DNA from: Candidatus Poribacteria bacterium
GTDB lineage: Bacteria; Poribacteria; WGA-4E; WGA-3G
Length of the DNA: 64,000 bases
Assembly (NCBI GenBank): GCA_963663765.2
Contig: CAXXUA010000004.1
Coordinates: 384,001 to 448,000 of the forward strand
Direction: 5' to 3'
Under the pieces are notes generated by a model. That model ran no database searches and had not been told where the DNA came from. It saw only the letters and a program-made list of their open reading frames with translations. The position numbers and the translations under genes were made by a program. Shown one piece after another: positions 60,655 to 64,000 of the stretch; position 1 is the stretch's first letter, and every line of letters starts with the position of its first letter.

Positions 60655-62748
60655 TTACGTCAACATAGATGATGGTGCAATGTCGTAATGTGAAAATTCC
60701 AATGTAAAAGCTCCACGTCCTTGTGTCATGGATCGCAGTCGGGTTGTGTATTGAAACGTCTCTGCTAATGGGATGATAGCGTTGATGATGTTGTTAGAAT
60801 CTTGAGAGGTCGTCTCACTGATCTGTGCGCGACGAGAATTCAGATCACCAATGACTTTACCAACATGTTCATCGGGTACAGTGATGTGAATTTGCATAAT
60901 CGGTTCAAGCAGTAAAGGTTTTGCTGACTTGACAGCCTTTTCAAATGCAAGTACTGCGGCTGCTTCATACGCCATCTCAGATGAATCCGTAGTATGGGTT
61001 GAACCCCCTGTAAGTGTTACCTTTATATCTTGCAAAGCGTATCCCAAGACCGCTCCAGAACCCATTGCATTTTCCAAAGCTGCTTCAATTGATGGGATAA
61101 ATTGGCGGTGAATCTGTGTTTCATCTGTCCTATCTTCAAACTCAAAGCCAGCATCACGTTCTAACGGTTCTACGGTGAGTTTCACATCACCATAAATGCC
61201 TTCTTCATCAGTCTTGTGGATATGTGTTGCGCGCCCTTCAGATTTCATACTGATTGTTTCGTGATATGCTACTTGGAGTTTACTGACGCGTGCATTCACA
61301 CCGAATTCACGAATCATGCGGTCGGTGAGGATTTCTAAATGAAGTTCTCCCATACCTGAGATAACCCGTTGTCCTGTTTCCTTATCAATGCCGACGGTAA
61401 AAGTTGGGTCTTCATCCATAAGTTTTTCAAGGGTTTCTTCTAATGCTTCAGCATCACTTGCCCGTTCAGGTTCAATTGCAACAGAGATGACAGGTGGTGG
61501 GAATTCAATAGATTCAAGGAGGAGTGGATGTGCGATATCGCTCAAAGTGTGTCCAGTTTTCGTGCTACGCATACCGACAAGTGCAACGATGTCCCCTGCA
61601 TAAGCCGCATCGCAACTTGCTTCTTTGTTCGCATGCATCTGTAAAATTCGGTTCACACGTTCCCTTTTCTCTGTAGCAACGTTATAGACAACCTCACCGC
61701 GTTTGAGTGTCCCTGAATAGACGCGACAGTAGACTAACTTATCCACTGTGTCATGACTTGCGACCTTAAATGCTAATGCAGAAAATGGTTCCTTATCATC
61801 AGGTTGTCGAACCACTATTTCAGAGGACTGGTCTGTACCCTTTTTTGTTGATTTGCTTTTTGATGTCTTTGTTATTTCACCTTCAATCGGTGGCACGTCT
61901 AATGGTGAAGGTAAATAACTTATGACAGCGTCAAGGAGCGGTTGGACCCCTTGATTTTTTAGCGAACTACCGCATAACATAGGGATTAAACTTCCCTTCA
62001 GAGTTGCATTGCGAATTCCAGCGATTAATTCAGTTTCTTCAATGTTTCCACCTTCAATATATTTTTCAAGCAGGTTGTCGTCTTCGGCTGCGACATTTTC
62101 TATGAGACTTTCACGCGCGATATTTGCATCATCCTGAAATTCACTTGGAACATCTACCATCTCATAAGTCTTGCCTTGATCAGTTTCATCCCAAATAATT
62201 GCTTTCATTCGTATCAAATCAATCACGCCTTCAAAGTCGCGTCCTTCCCCAAGTGGTATCTGGAGTGGTACTGGATTTGTACCGAATCGTTCCTGCATCA
62301 TCTCAGTCACACGACTGAAATTAGCACCTGCGCGGTCCATCTTATTTACGAAAGCAATTCGCGGAATCTGATAACGTTCAGCTTGATTCCAAACAGTTTC
62401 CGATTGCGGTTCCACACCACCGACTGCACAGAAAAGCGCGATGACGCCATCCAAAACCCGTAGTGACCGTTCAACTTCAACCGTAAAATCTACGTGTCCT
62501 GGAGTATCAATTAGGTGGAATGCATAATCTTGCCAGTAGCATGTGGTTGCAGCGGCAGTGATAGTGACACCGCGCTCACGTTCCTGCACCATCCAGTCCA
62601 TCTCTGCGGTGCCATCATCTACTGTACCGAGCTTATGTTTTTTGCCCGTGTAAAAAAGGATACGTTCGGTAGTTGTTGTTTTACCTGCGTCAATATGTGC
62701 AGCAATACCGATATTTCGTACTTTTTCTATTGGATATTCGCGTGCCAT
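60655..62748 (-). CDS. fusA: elongation factor G paralogue (stand-alone, EF-G2-like)
   Basis: [43 protein letters not shown]; no rpsL/rpsG/tuf neighbours. Confidence 0.9.
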   Translation of the reverse strand: MAREYPIEKVRNIGIAAHIDAGKTTTTERILFYTGKKHKLGTVDDGTAEMDWMVQERERGVTITAAATTCYWQDYAFHLIDTPGHVDFTVEVERSLRVLDGVIALFCAVGGVEPQSETVWNQAERYQIPRIAFVNKMDRAGANFSRVTEMMQERFGTNPVPLQIPLGEGRDFEGVIDLIRMKAIIWDETDQGKTYEMVDVPSEFQDDANIARESLIENVAAEDDNLLEKYIEGGNIEETELIAGIRNATLKGSLIPMLCGSSLKNQGVQPLLDAVISYLPSPLDVPPIEGEITKTSKSKSTKKGTDQSSEIVVRQPDDKEPFSALAFKVASHDTVDKLVYCRVYSGTLKRGEVVYNVATEKRERVNRILQMHANKEASCDAAYAGDIVALVGMRSTKTGHTLSDIAHPLLLESIEFPPPVISVAIEPERASDAEALEETLEKLMDEDPTFTVGIDKETGQRVISGMGELHLEILTDRMIREFGVNARVSKLQVAYHETISMKSEGRATHIHKTDEEGIYGDVKLTVEPLERDAGFEFEDRTDETQIHRQFIPSIEAALENAMGSGAVLGYALQDIKVTLTGGSTHTTDSSEMAYEAAAVLAFEKAVKSAKPLLLEPIMQIHITVPDEHVGKVIGDLNSRRAQISETTSQDSNNIINAIIPLAETFQYTTRLRSMTQGRGAFTLEFSHYDIAPSSMLT

Positions 62749-62819
62749 TTGTTGTTTGTTGTTTCCTTTGTGTACGTTTGGACGAATACACCAAATTCTG
62801 TTTCAGACAGATTATGATG

Positions 62820-63275
62820 TTACGGGTTCACAATACGCTGCTGTTCAAGCATCTCAATTCTTTGAACAAGTGTATCTATTTTTCTATCTAATTCCTTTTG
62901 TTGTCTGCCTTGCCACACAGAGATGACCTGTGGAATGTTTACTGCGACAACAATCAAAGCAATCAATCCATAGGTGATATTAATTCCTTGTGTTACTCGT
63001 TTATCAACACTCTCAATTTGTTTTTCAATACCTTCAAATCGTTTTTCAATTCCTACAAATCGTTTTTCAACGCCATCAAATTGTCTTTCAATACTGTCAA
63101 ATCTCACATTCACATAATCCTTCATCCGTGCTTCAGAGTCGGTGATCTCTTTCTTAACAACATCGTTGACAATCAACCTGATTTTATCTAGGTCATCGGG
63201 TTTGAGGGATACTTGGCTGAATGCTGGTACTGCGATTATACAACAAAAAAATGTTATTGCCCACATTGTTTTCAT
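62820..63275 (-). CDS. signal-peptide + heptad coiled-coil + TM protein
   Basis: Repeats RFDSIER/QFDGVEK/RFVGIEK/RFEGIEK then LIALIVVAV helix. Confidence 0.7.
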   Translation of the reverse strand: MKTMWAITFFCCIIAVPAFSQVSLKPDDLDKIRLIVNDVVKKEITDSEARMKDYVNVRFDSIERQFDGVEKRFVGIEKRFEGIEKQIESVDKRVTQGINITYGLIALIVVAVNIPQVISVWQGRQQKELDRKIDTLVQRIEMLEQQRIVNP

Positions 63276-63664
63276 TGTCGTTGTTCCTTCATGCACAGTG
63301 TAGTCTGTATATTTGCTTGTCTAATGATTGTATTGTAACAGTGTCATTCAATAGTCGAAATGTGCACTTGTATTAAGAGTTTTCAACCCCGATTTTCCCT
63401 TTTTCTGTCTAATTGGAATACCCAAAATTGTGATCCCTGTCCCAAAAGTGGAATTTTTTAGGTGTTTTCTTGGTGTTTTTTGTGATTTTTTCACAAGTGT
63501 TCTCGATCCTGTCACAGTGCAGGTTTATGTGGGTTTTTTAAATTTACGATATTTTGAAAAAAACAACTAAATGGATGTTTTATCGTTTTTTACTGTGTAT
63601 TATTGTTTATGGTGAAATTTGAAAATAAGTTAACATTTCTACTAAGTATTCTATTCTTTTATTG

Positions 63665-63814
63665 GTAGGAGCGACCTCCTGGTCGCGACTGTTTTGAAAC
63701 ATTGTCTCCATACGGTCGCGACTGGTAAATTAACGGCATGAATACCATTAAAGCATTCCCCGGGTCCGATCCTACCAACGCAGAGAACGGTCGCGACAAG
63801 GAGGTCGCTCCTAC
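63665..63814. repeat. GTAG REPIN-like inverted pair
   Basis: gtaggagcgacctcctggtcgcgac ... gtcgcgacaaggaggtcgctcctac. Confidence 0.8.
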
Positions 63815-64000
63815 CTGTACATGTATGTAATTAATTCCATAATTTACCATAGTAAGAAACAGTTCTGTGAAAATTATATTTTTTGCTGAAAGCGTTATTC
63901 ATCTTCGGAGTTCTCATCATTTTGGTCAAAATATTTGAACTTGTCGTTCTCATCAAATATGAAGGTAGCCGACCCTACTCCGTCAACACGCACTTTAATA

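Overview
Low-GC bacterial chromosome segment. By inference it comes from Candidatus Poribacteria: it has PhyH dioxygenases including a HEAT fusion, Gfo/Idh/MocA enzymes, Uma2 paralogues, a gingipain-like C25 protein and dense palindromic intergenic repeats. The core content is 7 tRNA genes, a tig-clpP-clpX-lon-S4-pdxA-C25 protease run, purE, queC, a stand-alone divergent EF-G and assorted oxidoreductases and MFS transporters. Accessory content: (i) a complete IS607 element bounded by GG, whose TnpB has the rearranged pro-Fanzor/Fanzor2-type RuvC. Its TnpB frame stays open across almost all of tnpA and has its own SD+ATG inside tnpA. The element sits in the ribosome-binding site of a lipoprotein gene that is now frameshifted. 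(ii) Five near-identical tandem Uma2 nuclease genes whose coiled-coil tails lengthen monotonically by whole heptads. (iii) A decaying island next to an internally deleted IS630. (iv) A toxin-antitoxin pair with a nonsense-truncated toxin. (v) An orphan ABC-ATPase/TOPRIM-like gene. (vi) Several MITE families that carry, or insert into, REP-like palindromes. All family calls come from motif recognition by eye; no database searches were run.
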